Of a DNA stretch of 64,000 bases, positions 1 through 10,233 are shown piece by piece. Within the stretch, counting starts at the first letter, position 1, and every line of letters starts with the position of its first letter. Both the position numbers and the translations under genes were made by a program. Origin of the DNA: an uncultured Pelagibacteraceae bacterium (GTDB taxonomy: Bacteria > Pseudomonadota > Alphaproteobacteria > Pelagibacterales > Pelagibacteraceae); the NCBI GenBank assembly GCA_902514745.1, contig CABXRX010000001.1:9130-73129 (forward strand), given 5' to 3'. The notes below the pieces were generated by a model. That model had not been told where the DNA came from, ran no database searches, and saw only the letters and a program-made list of their open reading frames with translations.

Positions 1-388
1 GGTATTAATTATTATAGTAAGAAAATTTCCAACAGTAGATATGGTTCCTGCACAATTTGTAGCTGGAGTATGTTGTTGTTTTATTGGATATTTTTTATCA
101 ACAAAAATAATGATCTCACCACATGATATCTTTTTAGGATTTGTTGCAGGATTTTTTCAGATTGGTTTAGGATTTATATTTATTACAACAGGAGCACGAA
201 CAACATCTTCCGCAATGGTTGGCATAATTATGTTGTCTGAGTCTGTTTTAGGACCTATTTGGGCTTATTTATTTGTAAGTGAGCGACCATCAATGTTTGG
301 ATTAATTGGAGGTGCTATTATTATTTTTGCTGTATTAATTCAATTTTATTCACTTTTTAATAATAAGAAAAAAATTGTTTCTCATTGA
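1..388 (+). CDS. DMT/EamA family transporter, 3' part (runs off window start)
   Basis: Hydrophobic helices with the 'ESVLGPIWAYLFVSERPS' EamA C-terminal motif; similar to the DMTs at 16526 and 40728. Confidence 0.8.
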   Translation, partial: VLIIIVRKFPTVDMVPAQFVAGVCCCFIGYFLSTKIMISPHDIFLGFVAGFFQIGLGFIFITTGARTTSSAMVGIIMLSESVLGPIWAYLFVSERPSMFGLIGGAIIIFAVLIQFYSLFNNKKKIVSH

Positions 389-413
389 CATCTGTTGATA
401 GTTGATAGATTAT
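385..413 (+). promoter_or_regulatory. Putative sigma70 promoter for the gcv leader
   Basis: TTGACA at 385-390, 17-bp spacer, then GATTAT, just upstream of the riboswitch. Confidence 0.4.
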
Positions 414-418
414 TATTT

Positions 419-563
419 AACGGGAGAGATTACAAATTTTGTAACACCGAAGGAGCAACCGCCCAGGAAACTCTCAGGTAAAAGGACCGTAACATATTAA
501 CTCTGGAAAGAGATTAAGTTCTCGCCGAAGGAGCAAAACTCTCAGGCAAATATACAGATGGGT
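419..563 (+). ncRNA. Tandem glycine riboswitch (two aptamers)
   Basis: Two copies of the GGA(G/A)A...CCGAAGGAGCAA...AACTCTCAGG core (about 419-490 and 501-563) directly upstream of gcvT. Confidence 0.95.
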
Positions 564-576
564 ACAGAGAGTTAAT

Positions 577-1683
577 GTGGAAATTAAAAAAACATCTTTA
601 AATAAACTTCATCAAGAGAATAAAGCTAAATTTGTAGAATTTGCGGGGTATGAAATGCCTATACAATATAGCAAAGGAATTGTGGAGGAACATAAATTAA
701 CTAGATCACATTCAGGAATTTTTGATGTTTCTCATATGGGACAATTATTTATTTATGGTGACAAAACACTCACAGAGGATTTGGAAAAAATTTTTCCTCT
801 AAATTTGAAAAATTTAAATATTAATTCGTCAAAATATACTTTTTTAATGAATGAGGATGCTGGAATTTATGATGACTTGATAATTACAAAATTAGATGAA
901 GGTTATTTAATAATTTTGAATGCAGCCTGTAAAGATAATGATTATAAAATTTTATCTAATCTTCTTGAGAATAAATACAAAATGAATTTGGATGATAAAA
1001 GATCCTTAATTGCAATTCAAGGACCTAAGTCTGTGGAAATTTTAGATTCGATAATAAACGGTGTAAGTGAACTTAGTTTTATGATTGGAAATTGGTTTGA
1101 ATATGAAAATCAAAAAATATTTGTAACTAGATCGGGTTATACAGGAGAGGATGGATTTGAAATATCAATAATCAATGATTTAGCAGAAGAATTTACAAGA
1201 AAATTGATGGATAGTGGAGCACAACTTGTAGGACTTGGGGCAAGAGATACCTTGAGATTAGAGGCTGGATTATGTTTATATGGTCATGAATTAGGAGTCG
1301 ATAAAACTCCAATAGAAGCAAATTTAAAATGGGCAATTTCTAAAGATAGAATTGTAAATGGTGGATTTATAGGATCTGATAAAATTATGAGGCAAATTAG
1401 TGAAGGCACAAAACAAATTAGAGTTGGAATAAAACCTGAAGGAAGATTAATAGCCAGGGAAAAAACAAAAATTTTTAATGAGACAGAGCTAGTTATTGGT
1501 GAAATTACAAGTGGTACTTTTGGACCAAGTGTTAGCGGACCTGTTGCTATGGGCTATGTTGAAAAAGAATTTTCTAAAAAAGATACTAAAGTATTTTTAG
1601 AAGTAAGGGGAAAAAAATATCCAGCGAATATATGTGGATTACCATTTTATAAAAAAAGTTATGTGAAAGGAGCAATTAAATGA
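577..1683 (+). CDS. gcvT: Glycine cleavage system aminomethyltransferase T
   Basis: [19 protein letters not shown] and [13 protein letters not shown] motifs; GTG start. Confidence 0.97.
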   Translation: MEIKKTSLNKLHQENKAKFVEFAGYEMPIQYSKGIVEEHKLTRSHSGIFDVSHMGQLFIYGDKTLTEDLEKIFPLNLKNLNINSSKYTFLMNEDAGIYDDLIITKLDEGYLIILNAACKDNDYKILSNLLENKYKMNLDDKRSLIAIQGPKSVEILDSIINGVSELSFMIGNWFEYENQKIFVTRSGYTGEDGFEISIINDLAEEFTRKLMDSGAQLVGLGARDTLRLEAGLCLYGHELGVDKTPIEANLKWAISKDRIVNGGFIGSDKIMRQISEGTKQIRVGIKPEGRLIAREKTKIFNETELVIGEITSGTFGPSVSGPVAMGYVEKEFSKKDTKVFLEVRGKKYPANICGLPFYKKSYVKGAIK

Positions 1684-2060
1684 GTGAAGTAAAATTTTCA
1701 AAAGATCATGAATGGATTTTACCTGATGGAGATGAGGCTACTGTAGGAATTACTAAACATGCTACAGAAATGTTAGGAGATATAGTTTTTGCAGAATTAC
1801 CTGATAAAGGATCTAATGTTGAAAAAGATGGAACAGCAGGTGTTGTTGAGTCAACTAAGGCTGCTAGCGATGTTTATACCCCTGTAAGTGGTGAGGTTTT
1901 AGATATAAACCAAATAATAGTTGATGATCCTTCGAAAATAAATGAAGATCCTGAAGGCTCTGCTTGGTTTTTTAAATTGAAAATGAAAGATGTTTCAGAG
2001 TTAGAAAGCCTTATGAATAAAGATGAATATGATAAATTTGCAAAGGAGAACGCTAGCTAA
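1680..2060 (+). CDS. gcvH: Glycine cleavage system H protein
   Basis: HEW, VGIT and [11 protein letters not shown] (lipoyl Lys) motifs. Confidence 0.97.
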   Translation: MSEVKFSKDHEWILPDGDEATVGITKHATEMLGDIVFAELPDKGSNVEKDGTAGVVESTKAASDVYTPVSGEVLDINQIIVDDPSKINEDPEGSAWFFKLKMKDVSELESLMNKDEYDKFAKENAS

Positions 2061-4927
2061 TGTTACACAATTCAGAAAAAGATTTTTTAAAAAGACACAT
2101 TGGACCTTCTGAAGAAGATCAGCAAAAAATGTTAAATGAGTTGAATTACAAATCTTTAGATGATCTTATTAAAAGCACTGTTCCAGAAAAAATACATTAT
2201 AAAGATGAGCTTACTATTGGTGACTCAAATTCTGAGTATGAAGCATTAAGAAAACTAAGATTAATCTCAAAAAAAAATCAAATATATTCCAATTTTATTG
2301 GTATGGGTTACTATGGAACTTATACACCTTATGTAATTTTAAGAAATATTCTTGAAAATCCAGGCTGGTATACAGCCTATACCCCATATCAACCTGAAGT
2401 CGCTCAAGGAAGATTAGAAATGCTGTTAAATTTTCAACAAATGATAGTTGATTTTACAGGTATGGATATTGCTAACGCTTCTTTATTAGATGAAGGAACA
2501 GCAGCAGCAGAAGCAATGGGACTAAGTCATAGATTAAATAAAAAAGATAGTAATTTAGTTTTCGTTTCAGAAAATTGCCACCCGCAAACAATTAATGTAA
2601 TTCAGACAAGAGCAGAACCAATGGGATTAAAAGTTTTAATTGGTAACGAAGATGTATTATTGGATCAGATAAAAGAGGATATTGTCTGTGGAATTTTACA
2701 ATACCCTGGAACCCTAGGAGATATAAAAGACCCTAGTGAAGCTATAAGCAAAATACATAAAAAAAGTGGAAAAGCAGTTTTGGTTTGTGATTTATTAGCA
2801 TTAGCGAAGCTTAAAACTCCAAGGGAGTTAGGTGCAGATATTGCGGTCGGTAGCTCACAAAGATTTGGTATTCCAATGGGTTATGGTGGTCCTCACGCTG
2901 CATTTTTTGCAACCAAAGACGAATTTAAAAGATCTATGCCAGGAAGAATTATTGGTGTTTCCGTTGATAGACATGGAAATAAAGCATATCGATTATCACT
3001 TCAAACTAGGGAGCAACATATTAGAAGAGATAAAGCGACCAGTAATATTTGTACAGCCCAAGCCTTATTGGCGATTGTTTCAGCCGCATATGCAATATAT
3101 CACGGACCTGAAGGAATTAAAACAATTGCTGAAAGAGTTTCTCAGTTAGCTAAAAATTTTGCTGATAAATTAAAACAATCTGGTTATGAGATCTATTCAG
3201 ATCATTTTTTTGATACTGTAACCATTGTTACTAAAGAAAAAACTGATCAAATATATAAAAATGCTTTAGATCAAAAAGTTAATATTAGAAGAGTAAATTC
3301 AGAAATGCTTTCTGTATCTTTTGATGAAAAAAAAAATGTGTATCGTGCAAATCAGTTATTAAAAATTTTTAATGCTGCTGAATCTATTAAAGAAAACCCA
3401 ACAGAAAGCTTACCAAATTTACCAGAAAATTTATTAAGAACCTCTAATTATTTAGAGCATCCAGTTTTTAATTCATATCATTCAGAAACAGAAATGCTTA
3501 GATATTTAAAAAAATTAGAAGATAAAGATATTGCTCTCAATAGAACAATGATTGCTTTAGGTTCGTGTACTATGAAACTAAATGCAGTTGCCGAAATGAT
3601 ACCCATTTCTTGGAGAGAATTTGCAGAACCACATCCTTTTGTACCAATCGAGCAAATGGATGGATTTAGGACTCTTTTTACAGATTTAAAAAATTGGTTA
3701 AGATCTATAACTGGTTTTTCAGGTGTCTCACTTCAACCGAACGCAGGTGCTCAAGGAGAGTACGCTGGATTAATGGTGATAAGAAAATATCATTTAGAAA
3801 GAGGCGAAGAAAAAAGAAATATTTGCTTAATTCCAAGTTCAGCACATGGAACTAACCCAGCTAGTGCACAAATGGTGGGTATGAAAGTTGTTGTTGTTGA
3901 CTGTGATAAAGAGGGAAACGTTGATTTTGAGGATTTAAAGAAAAAAGCTGAGCTGCATTCTGATAATTTAGGAGCTTTAATGGTTACGTATCCCTCTACA
4001 CATGGAGTATTTGAGGAAAAAATAACAGATATTTGTGACTTAATTCATAAGCATGGTGGTCAAGTATACATGGATGGTGCAAATTTAAATGCACTTGTTG
4101 GTATAGCTAAACCCGGTAACTTCGGACCTGACGTATGTCATATTAACTTGCACAAGACATTCTGTATTCCACATGGAGGCGGTGGACCAGGAATGGGACC
4201 TATAGCATGTAAAAGACATCTGGAAGTTTTTCTACCAAATCATCCAGTAGTTAAAGATTGTGGACCCGCAACAGGAATAGGAGCAGTTTCAGCGGCGCCA
4301 TGGGGCAGTTCAAGTATTTTATCAATTTCTTGGATGTATATAAAAATGATGGGATCCCAAGGATTAAAGTTGGCTACACAAATTGCTATATTAAATGCAA
4401 ATTACATAGCTAATAGATTAAAAAAATATTACCCAATTCTTTACAAAGGTTCAAACGGAAACGTAGCTCATGAATGTATAATTGATATAAGAACAATTAA
4501 AAATGAAACAGGAATAACCGAAGAAGATATTGCAAAAAGACTAATTGATTATGGATTTCATGCACCAACAATGTCTTGGCCAGTAGCAGGAACTATGATG
4601 ATAGAACCAACTGAAAGCGAGAGCTTATCTGAGCTAGATAGATTTTGTGATACTTTAATTAATATTAAATCAGAAATAGATATGATTAAATCTGGTGAAT
4701 TTGATAAAGTAGACAATCCAATTAAAAATGCTCCTCATACAGATATAGAGCTTGCATCAGACAATTGGGATCATAAATATTCAAGAGAACAGGCCGCTTA
4801 TCCGGCAAAATTTTTAAAAACAAATAAATTTTGGCCACCAGTTGCAAGGGTTGATAACGTGTATGGAGATAAAAATATTTTTTGTACATGTCCAAGCATG
4901 GATGATTTTAAAGAAGATGCAGCATAA
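2060..4927 (+). CDS. gcvP: Glycine dehydrogenase (decarboxylating) P protein
   Basis: YTPYQPE, TSNICTAQ and HINLHKTFCIPHGGGGPG motifs; 955 aa. Confidence 0.98.
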   Translation: MLHNSEKDFLKRHIGPSEEDQQKMLNELNYKSLDDLIKSTVPEKIHYKDELTIGDSNSEYEALRKLRLISKKNQIYSNFIGMGYYGTYTPYVILRNILENPGWYTAYTPYQPEVAQGRLEMLLNFQQMIVDFTGMDIANASLLDEGTAAAEAMGLSHRLNKKDSNLVFVSENCHPQTINVIQTRAEPMGLKVLIGNEDVLLDQIKEDIVCGILQYPGTLGDIKDPSEAISKIHKKSGKAVLVCDLLALAKLKTPRELGADIAVGSSQRFGIPMGYGGPHAAFFATKDEFKRSMPGRIIGVSVDRHGNKAYRLSLQTREQHIRRDKATSNICTAQALLAIVSAAYAIYHGPEGIKTIAERVSQLAKNFADKLKQSGYEIYSDHFFDTVTIVTKEKTDQIYKNALDQKVNIRRVNSEMLSVSFDEKKNVYRANQLLKIFNAAESIKENPTESLPNLPENLLRTSNYLEHPVFNSYHSETEMLRYLKKLEDKDIALNRTMIALGSCTMKLNAVAEMIPISWREFAEPHPFVPIEQMDGFRTLFTDLKNWLRSITGFSGVSLQPNAGAQGEYAGLMVIRKYHLERGEEKRNICLIPSSAHGTNPASAQMVGMKVVVVDCDKEGNVDFEDLKKKAELHSDNLGALMVTYPSTHGVFEEKITDICDLIHKHGGQVYMDGANLNALVGIAKPGNFGPDVCHINLHKTFCIPHGGGGPGMGPIACKRHLEVFLPNHPVVKDCGPATGIGAVSAAPWGSSSILSISWMYIKMMGSQGLKLATQIAILNANYIANRLKKYYPILYKGSNGNVAHECIIDIRTIKNETGITEEDIAKRLIDYGFHAPTMSWPVAGTMMIEPTESESLSELDRFCDTLINIKSEIDMIKSGEFDKVDNPIKNAPHTDIELASDNWDHKYSREQAAYPAKFLKTNKFWPPVARVDNVYGDKNIFCTCPSMDDFKEDAA

Positions 4928-4933
4928 TTATTA

Positions 4934-6172
4934 ATGAAAATTGCTGTAGTTGGTTCAGGGATATCAGGATTAAGTGCAGCATATTATTTATCTAAAAAAC
5001 ATCATGTAGACCTTTTTGAAAAGGAAGATCATTTCGGAGGACACTCAAATACAATTGATTTATTTTTTGGAGAAAAAAAAGTTTCTGTAGATATTGGTTT
5101 CATTGTATTTAATTTTCAAACTTATCCTAACTTAGTTAATTTTTTTAAAGAGAATGACATTCAAATTGAAAAGAGCAATATGTCATTTTCAGTCTCAGTA
5201 GATAATACAAATTTTGAATATTGTGGAAAAGGTTTAGCAGGGATTTTTTCTAATAAAATGAATTTATTAAATCTTAATTTTTTAAAAATGTTTTTTGATA
5301 TGATAAAATTTTACAAAGAAAGCGATAAAATATCTATCTCAAATGAAAAATTAACATTAGGAGAATATCTAAAAATAAATAATTTATCTAAAACATTTGT
5401 TAATTTCCATATTATCCCTATGGTTTCAGCAATATGGTCTATGCCACCTTATGAAGCTAGTAAAATGCCAATAACTTTTTTTTTAAAGTTTTTTCAAAAT
5501 CATGGATTATTTAAATTAAAAAATAGACCTCAGTGGTACACAGTATCCAATAGAAGTAGAACTTACGTGAATAAAATTCTTTCAGAAATAAGTGGTGAAT
5601 ATTTTAAAAATTATAAAGTTACAAAAATTAAAAGAAAATCAAAAGGTCTGGATTTATATTATGGAGGAGAAAGTGATTTTTTTGATTATGACAAGATAGT
5701 GATAGCAACTCATGCAGATGATGCTTTAAATATAATAGAAAATCCCTCAAATGATGAAAAAAATATACTCTCTAATTTTAAATATAAGGAAAATGTTGCT
5801 TATATACATACTGATGAAAGATGCATGCCAAAAAATAAAAAGGCTTGGTCATCATGGAACTCCTCAATTGATAATAAAAAATTAGAAAATAATTCAATAT
5901 CTTATTGGCTAAATCTTTTGCAGAATTTAAAATGTGATGAAAATATTTTTTTGACACTAAACCCATATTTTACAATTGATGAAAAAAAAATCTTAAAAAA
6001 AGTAAAATTTACTCACCCATATTATGATCAAAAAGCACTAGATGCTCAATTAGACTTAATTAAATTACAAAATAAAAAAGATTTACTTTTCTGTGGAAGT
6101 TATTTTGGTTATGGATTTCATGAAGATGGAATAAAATCATCAATTGAAATGTTAAAAAACCTTAATGATTAA
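4934..6172 (+). CDS. FAD-dependent oxidoreductase (amine oxidase family; UfaD/RSP1091-like)
   Basis: GSGISG Rossmann motif, VDIGFIVFN, GSYFGYGFHEDG; next to DUF1365 and cfa. Confidence 0.85.
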   Translation: MKIAVVGSGISGLSAAYYLSKKHHVDLFEKEDHFGGHSNTIDLFFGEKKVSVDIGFIVFNFQTYPNLVNFFKENDIQIEKSNMSFSVSVDNTNFEYCGKGLAGIFSNKMNLLNLNFLKMFFDMIKFYKESDKISISNEKLTLGEYLKINNLSKTFVNFHIIPMVSAIWSMPPYEASKMPITFFLKFFQNHGLFKLKNRPQWYTVSNRSRTYVNKILSEISGEYFKNYKVTKIKRKSKGLDLYYGGESDFFDYDKIVIATHADDALNIIENPSNDEKNILSNFKYKENVAYIHTDERCMPKNKKAWSSWNSSIDNKKLENNSISYWLNLLQNLKCDENIFLTLNPYFTIDEKKILKKVKFTHPYYDQKALDAQLDLIKLQNKKDLLFCGSYFGYGFHEDGIKSSIEMLKNLND

Positions 6173-6929
6173 TTCTTGTATTTATAATGGTTCAGTGATT
6201 CACAAACGATTTAAACCAAAGGAGCATTTTTTTAAATATAAAGTGTTCTCTCTGTTAATTGATCTTTCAGAACTGAATGAATTGGACAATAAAATTAGTT
6301 TTTTTTCTGTTAACAAATTTAACCTAATTAGTTTCTATGAAAAAGATCATGGTGAACGTGATGGATCATCTATAACAAACTGGGTAAAACATAACTTAAA
6401 AAATAAAAATATAAATTTAGAAAACATAAAAATAAAACTCTTATGTTATCCAAGAATATTGGGTTATGTTTTTAATCCATTAAGTGTTTTTTTTGTTTAT
6501 GATGAAAAAGATAAATTAATTTCTATTTTGTATGAAGTTAAAAATACATTTGGAGAGCAGCATACTTATATATTTACAGTGGATAATGAAAGTAACTTAA
6601 TTCAAAATAATTGTTCAAAAAAATTTCATGTGTCTCCATTTATTGAAATGGATTGTAAATATTTTTTTAGAATATTAAATCCTTCTGAAAAAATGTCAGT
6701 TATTATTGATCAATACGACAAAGAGGGTAAAATTCTTTTTGCATCACAAGATGGAAGAAAGTCAGTCCTAGATTCTAAGCAATTAATAAAATCTTACCTA
6801 AAACACCCATTTATGACGTTTAAAATTATTTTAGCGATACATTTTGAAGCGTTTAAATTATGGGTTAAAGGAATTAAATTCATCAAAAAAAAATTCAAAA
6901 TTAGAAATAAAATAACAATAGAAAATTAA
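6165..6929 (+). CDS. DUF1365 family protein (UfaO/RSP1090-like)
   Basis: PRILGYVFNPLS, EVKNTFGEQH and KKFHVSPF motifs. Confidence 0.9.
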   Translation: MINSCIYNGSVIHKRFKPKEHFFKYKVFSLLIDLSELNELDNKISFFSVNKFNLISFYEKDHGERDGSSITNWVKHNLKNKNINLENIKIKLLCYPRILGYVFNPLSVFFVYDEKDKLISILYEVKNTFGEQHTYIFTVDNESNLIQNNCSKKFHVSPFIEMDCKYFFRILNPSEKMSVIIDQYDKEGKILFASQDGRKSVLDSKQLIKSYLKHPFMTFKIILAIHFEAFKLWVKGIKFIKKKFKIRNKITIEN

Positions 6930-8107
6930 TGTTTTTAAATAAAACCGCAGATAAATTGGTTTACAAATTTTTAAACAAAATTAATTACGGCTATCTTGAA
7001 TTCACAACTTTTGAAGGCCAACTTTTAAAATTTGGAAATCCCAACGAAAAATTAAAAGCAAATATCGTGATAAAAAAAAAAGACTTTAATTATAATTTAA
7101 TTAGAGGTGGAAGTATTGGTTTTGCAGAAAGCTATATGAGAGGTGAATTTGAAACTAACGATTTATCAAATTTAATTGAAATTACAGCTAGAAATATTCA
7201 GATCATTCATAAGTTTTCAGGATTACTTGATTTACCAGTAGTTAACTTTGTTAAAAATAAAATCATTAAAAATACAAAAAGTAGAAGTAAAGAAAATATT
7301 GCCAAACATTATGATTTAGGAAATGACTTCTTTTCACTTTGGCTAGATGATACACTTACTTATTCAAGTGCAATATTTGATGATAATTCTAAAAATTTAT
7401 CTGAGGCTCAAAATAATAAGTATCAAAAATTGATTGATTTAATCAAGCCTAATAATGGTGACAAAGTTTTAGAAATAGGATGTGGATGGGGAGGTTTTGC
7501 AGAATACGTAGGAAAAAAATATGATGTAAAACTTGACTGCATCACCATTTCTAAGAAGCAGTACCAGTATGCGAAGGAAAGAATTTTTAAATCTGGTTTA
7601 AATGAAAAAGTTAACATTGAAATAAAAGATTATAGAGATCTTCAAGGAAAATATAACTCAATTGCTTCAATAGAAATGATTGAAGCTGTTGGTCAAAATT
7701 ATTTAGAGGGTTATTTTAAAACAATAAAAAATAATTTGTCTGATGGTGGTAAAGCTGCAATTCAAGCAATTACTATTGATGATAGCTTATTTGATCGATA
7801 TAAAAATAAACAAGACTTTATTCAAAAGTATATTTTTCCTGGTGGTTTTTTACCAAATAAAAATAGTATTAACCAATATGTTTCAGATAATGGTTTAACT
7901 ATAAACTCATACATTTCTTATGCGGATCATTATGCTAATACTTTAGCTATATGGAGAAATGAATTTCTAAAAAAGTGGGAAATAATAAAGAGACAAGGTT
8001 TTGACTTAACATTTAAAAGAATGTGGGAGTTTTATCTTTCTTATTGTGAAGCAGGTTTTAAGTCAAAAAATATTGACTTGATACAATTTTCAATGCAAAA
8101 AAAATAG
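6929..8107 (+). CDS. cfa: Cyclopropane-fatty-acyl-phospholipid synthase family SAM methyltransferase
   Basis: HYDLGNDFF, LEIGCGWG, SIEMIEAVG and IFPGG motifs. Confidence 0.92.
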   Translation: MFLNKTADKLVYKFLNKINYGYLEFTTFEGQLLKFGNPNEKLKANIVIKKKDFNYNLIRGGSIGFAESYMRGEFETNDLSNLIEITARNIQIIHKFSGLLDLPVVNFVKNKIIKNTKSRSKENIAKHYDLGNDFFSLWLDDTLTYSSAIFDDNSKNLSEAQNNKYQKLIDLIKPNNGDKVLEIGCGWGGFAEYVGKKYDVKLDCITISKKQYQYAKERIFKSGLNEKVNIEIKDYRDLQGKYNSIASIEMIEAVGQNYLEGYFKTIKNNLSDGGKAAIQAITIDDSLFDRYKNKQDFIQKYIFPGGFLPNKNSINQYVSDNGLTINSYISYADHYANTLAIWRNEFLKKWEIIKRQGFDLTFKRMWEFYLSYCEAGFKSKNIDLIQFSMQKK

Positions 8108-8113
8108 TAAATA

Positions 8114-8674
8114 ATGGAGTTATTAATGCGACATATAAAAATAATTAAATCAATTTCATTGATAATTTCATTTTTCTTAATTACAAGTTGCTCAATCAAT
8201 AGTGCCATGAAACCAGAAGATTTTAAAAACAAAGAACCAAGATTAATCATAGAAGAGTATATGACGGGAAATGTTAAGGCTTGGGGTGTTTTGCAAAATA
8301 GATCAGGAAAAGTTACAAGACAATTTTCTGCTGATTTGAACGGGACCTGGGATGGAAAACAATTAATTCTTAAAGAGAAATTTAATTGGGATGATGGTGA
8401 AGTTCAAAATAGAGAATGGATTATTAATAAAATAGATGAACATAATTATGAGGGCACAGCTGGTGATGTTGTTGGTAAAGCTAAAGGTTATTCTTTTGGA
8501 CCAGCTTTCAAGTTTGAATATGTTTTATTAGTTCCAGTAAAAGGTAAAGAGATGAAAATTACTTTTGATGACTGGATATTTAAACAAGATGATAGGGTTG
8601 CAATTAATAGAGCTACAATGACAAAATTTGGATTTAAGGTAGCTGAGCTTACTGTTGTTTTTGTAAAAGACTAA
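8114..8674 (+). CDS. DUF3833 family lipoprotein
   Basis: Lipobox-like ITSC, AWGVLQNRSG and FDDW motifs; usual neighbour of cfa/DUF1365. Confidence 0.85.
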   Translation: MELLMRHIKIIKSISLIISFFLITSCSINSAMKPEDFKNKEPRLIIEEYMTGNVKAWGVLQNRSGKVTRQFSADLNGTWDGKQLILKEKFNWDDGEVQNREWIINKIDEHNYEGTAGDVVGKAKGYSFGPAFKFEYVLLVPVKGKEMKITFDDWIFKQDDRVAINRATMTKFGFKVAELTVVFVKD

Positions 8675-8697
8675 TTTTTTTATATTGTATTTTTAGA

Positions 8698-8716
8698 GTT
8701 AATGATAATCATTATC
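8698..8716. promoter_or_regulatory. Fur-box-like operator
   Basis: GTTAATGATAATCATTATC matches the classical Fur box GATAATGATAATCATTATC at 18/19; a second related inverted repeat lies at 8728-8746. Confidence 0.7.
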
Positions 8717-8791
8717 AAAAAAAATGTGCGATTGATTATCAGTCGCTGACAATTTTATTGTTTTCAGATTTATAAATCATATGATTTTAAT

Positions 8792-8974
8792 ATGGAAACT
8801 CAAAACTATAGTTGTAAAAAGTGTGGACTAACAGTTACATCAATTTGCTCAAAGTGTGACAGAGTAGTGGATGTAAAAGTTCTTGATAACGGATGCATTG
8901 TTCAACAAACGAAGTGTGGTGATTGTGCAAATGTTCCAGTTATTAAAGATGTTTGCTCTCAACAAAAAGCTTAA
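8792..8974 (+). CDS. Small cysteine-rich protein (8 Cys, three CxxC)
   Basis: 60 aa with CKKC, CSKC and CGDC; fills an intergenic gap. Confidence 0.7.
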   Translation: METQNYSCKKCGLTVTSICSKCDRVVDVKVLDNGCIVQQTKCGDCANVPVIKDVCSQQKA

Positions 8975-8980
8975 AATTTA

Positions 8981-9742
8981 TTAATTTTTTTTTTGATATT
9001 TGGTCATTTTTCCAATTAAAAGAAAATAGATTTTACTTGGTAAAAGGCTTAAAATTTTAAGTAAAACAGTTAAAGATTTAGGAAAATGTATTTCAAAGAT
9101 ATCTTTATTAATTAATCCATCATAAATTTTTTCAGCTGCATATTCTGGTGTTTTTAAAAATGGCATCTTAAAGTCATTTTTATCTGTCATAGGTGTTTTA
9201 ATAAATCCGGGTGAGACTAAACAAACACGGACACTGTACCTTTTAAAATCAAAATACAAACTTTCTGCCAAGTTATTTAATGCAGATTTTGATGGTCCAT
9301 AACCTGTTGAGTTTGGTAATCCTCTATATCCAGCTATAGAAGAAACAATTGTAATAGTACCATTCTTTTTATTTTTAAAATATTCTTCAACAGCCTTGAT
9401 TGTATTTAAAGTTCCAAAGAAGTTTACTTTAAATACATCTTCTATTTGTTCGACATCTATATCTTTTTCTTTTTTAGGGTTCCAAGTACCAGTTGAAAAA
9501 AAACAAATGTCTATATTTTCATACTTATTTTTTATTTCATTGAATACTTCTTGGCATTTTAATTTATTGGTCACATCAAGAGGAAATGCAGAAATATTTT
9601 CATGTAGATTTGATATTTCATTTAATAATTCCGTTCTTCTTGCGGATATAGCAACATCCCAGCCTTTGCTCGCAAATTTAAGCGCTAAAGCTTTGCCAAT
9701 CCCTGTACTACCTCCTGTAATCCAAATAGTTTTTTTTCTCAT
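8981..9742 (-). CDS. Short-chain dehydrogenase/reductase
   Basis: TGGSTGIG and YGPSK catalytic motifs. Confidence 0.92.
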   Translation of the reverse strand: MRKKTIWITGGSTGIGKALALKFASKGWDVAISARRTELLNEISNLHENISAFPLDVTNKLKCQEVFNEIKNKYENIDICFFSTGTWNPKKEKDIDVEQIEDVFKVNFFGTLNTIKAVEEYFKNKKNGTITIVSSIAGYRGLPNSTGYGPSKSALNNLAESLYFDFKRYSVRVCLVSPGFIKTPMTDKNDFKMPFLKTPEYAAEKIYDGLINKDIFEIHFPKSLTVLLKILSLLPSKIYFLLIGKMTKYQKKN

Positions 9743-9763
9743 TTTTTGTTATGTATATCTAAC

Positions 9764-10231
9764 ATGTTTAAAAATAAATTTTTAACATTTATATTATTTC
9801 TTACCATTACATTCACTGCCTCATTAATTGGTGGTTTAGCTACTATTACTTTTAAAGAACCCTGGTATTCATTACTAAATAAACCAATATTTAATCCACC
9901 AGATTGGGTATTCGGCCCTGTTTGGACCGTTTTATATTTAATGATGACATTTTCCATATGGATTTTTTGGCAAACAAAAAAAAGAGATATGAATACTGTT
10001 TATATTTATTTTATTCATTTAATATTTAATACAACTTGGAGTGTAGTTTTTTTTGTTTTTCATAATATGGTTTTGGCATTATTAGTATTAATTGCACTAA
10101 TAGCATTGATAATTATTCTCATTTTAAGATTTAAACGCGTCAAGATGTTGAGTGCATATTTAATGATTCCATATTTACTTTGGTGTTGCTTTGCACTAAT
10201 TCTCAATACTAACTTAATAATATTAAATTAA
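9764..10231 (+). CDS. tspO: TspO/MBR tryptophan-rich sensory protein
   Basis: WYSLLNKPIFNPPDWVFGPVWT and PYLLW motifs; ATG at 9764 preferred over the TTG at 9746. Confidence 0.93.
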   Translation: MFKNKFLTFILFLTITFTASLIGGLATITFKEPWYSLLNKPIFNPPDWVFGPVWTVLYLMMTFSIWIFWQTKKRDMNTVYIYFIHLIFNTTWSVVFFVFHNMVLALLVLIALIALIIILILRFKRVKMLSAYLMIPYLLWCCFALILNTNLIILN

Positions 10232-10233
10232 TT

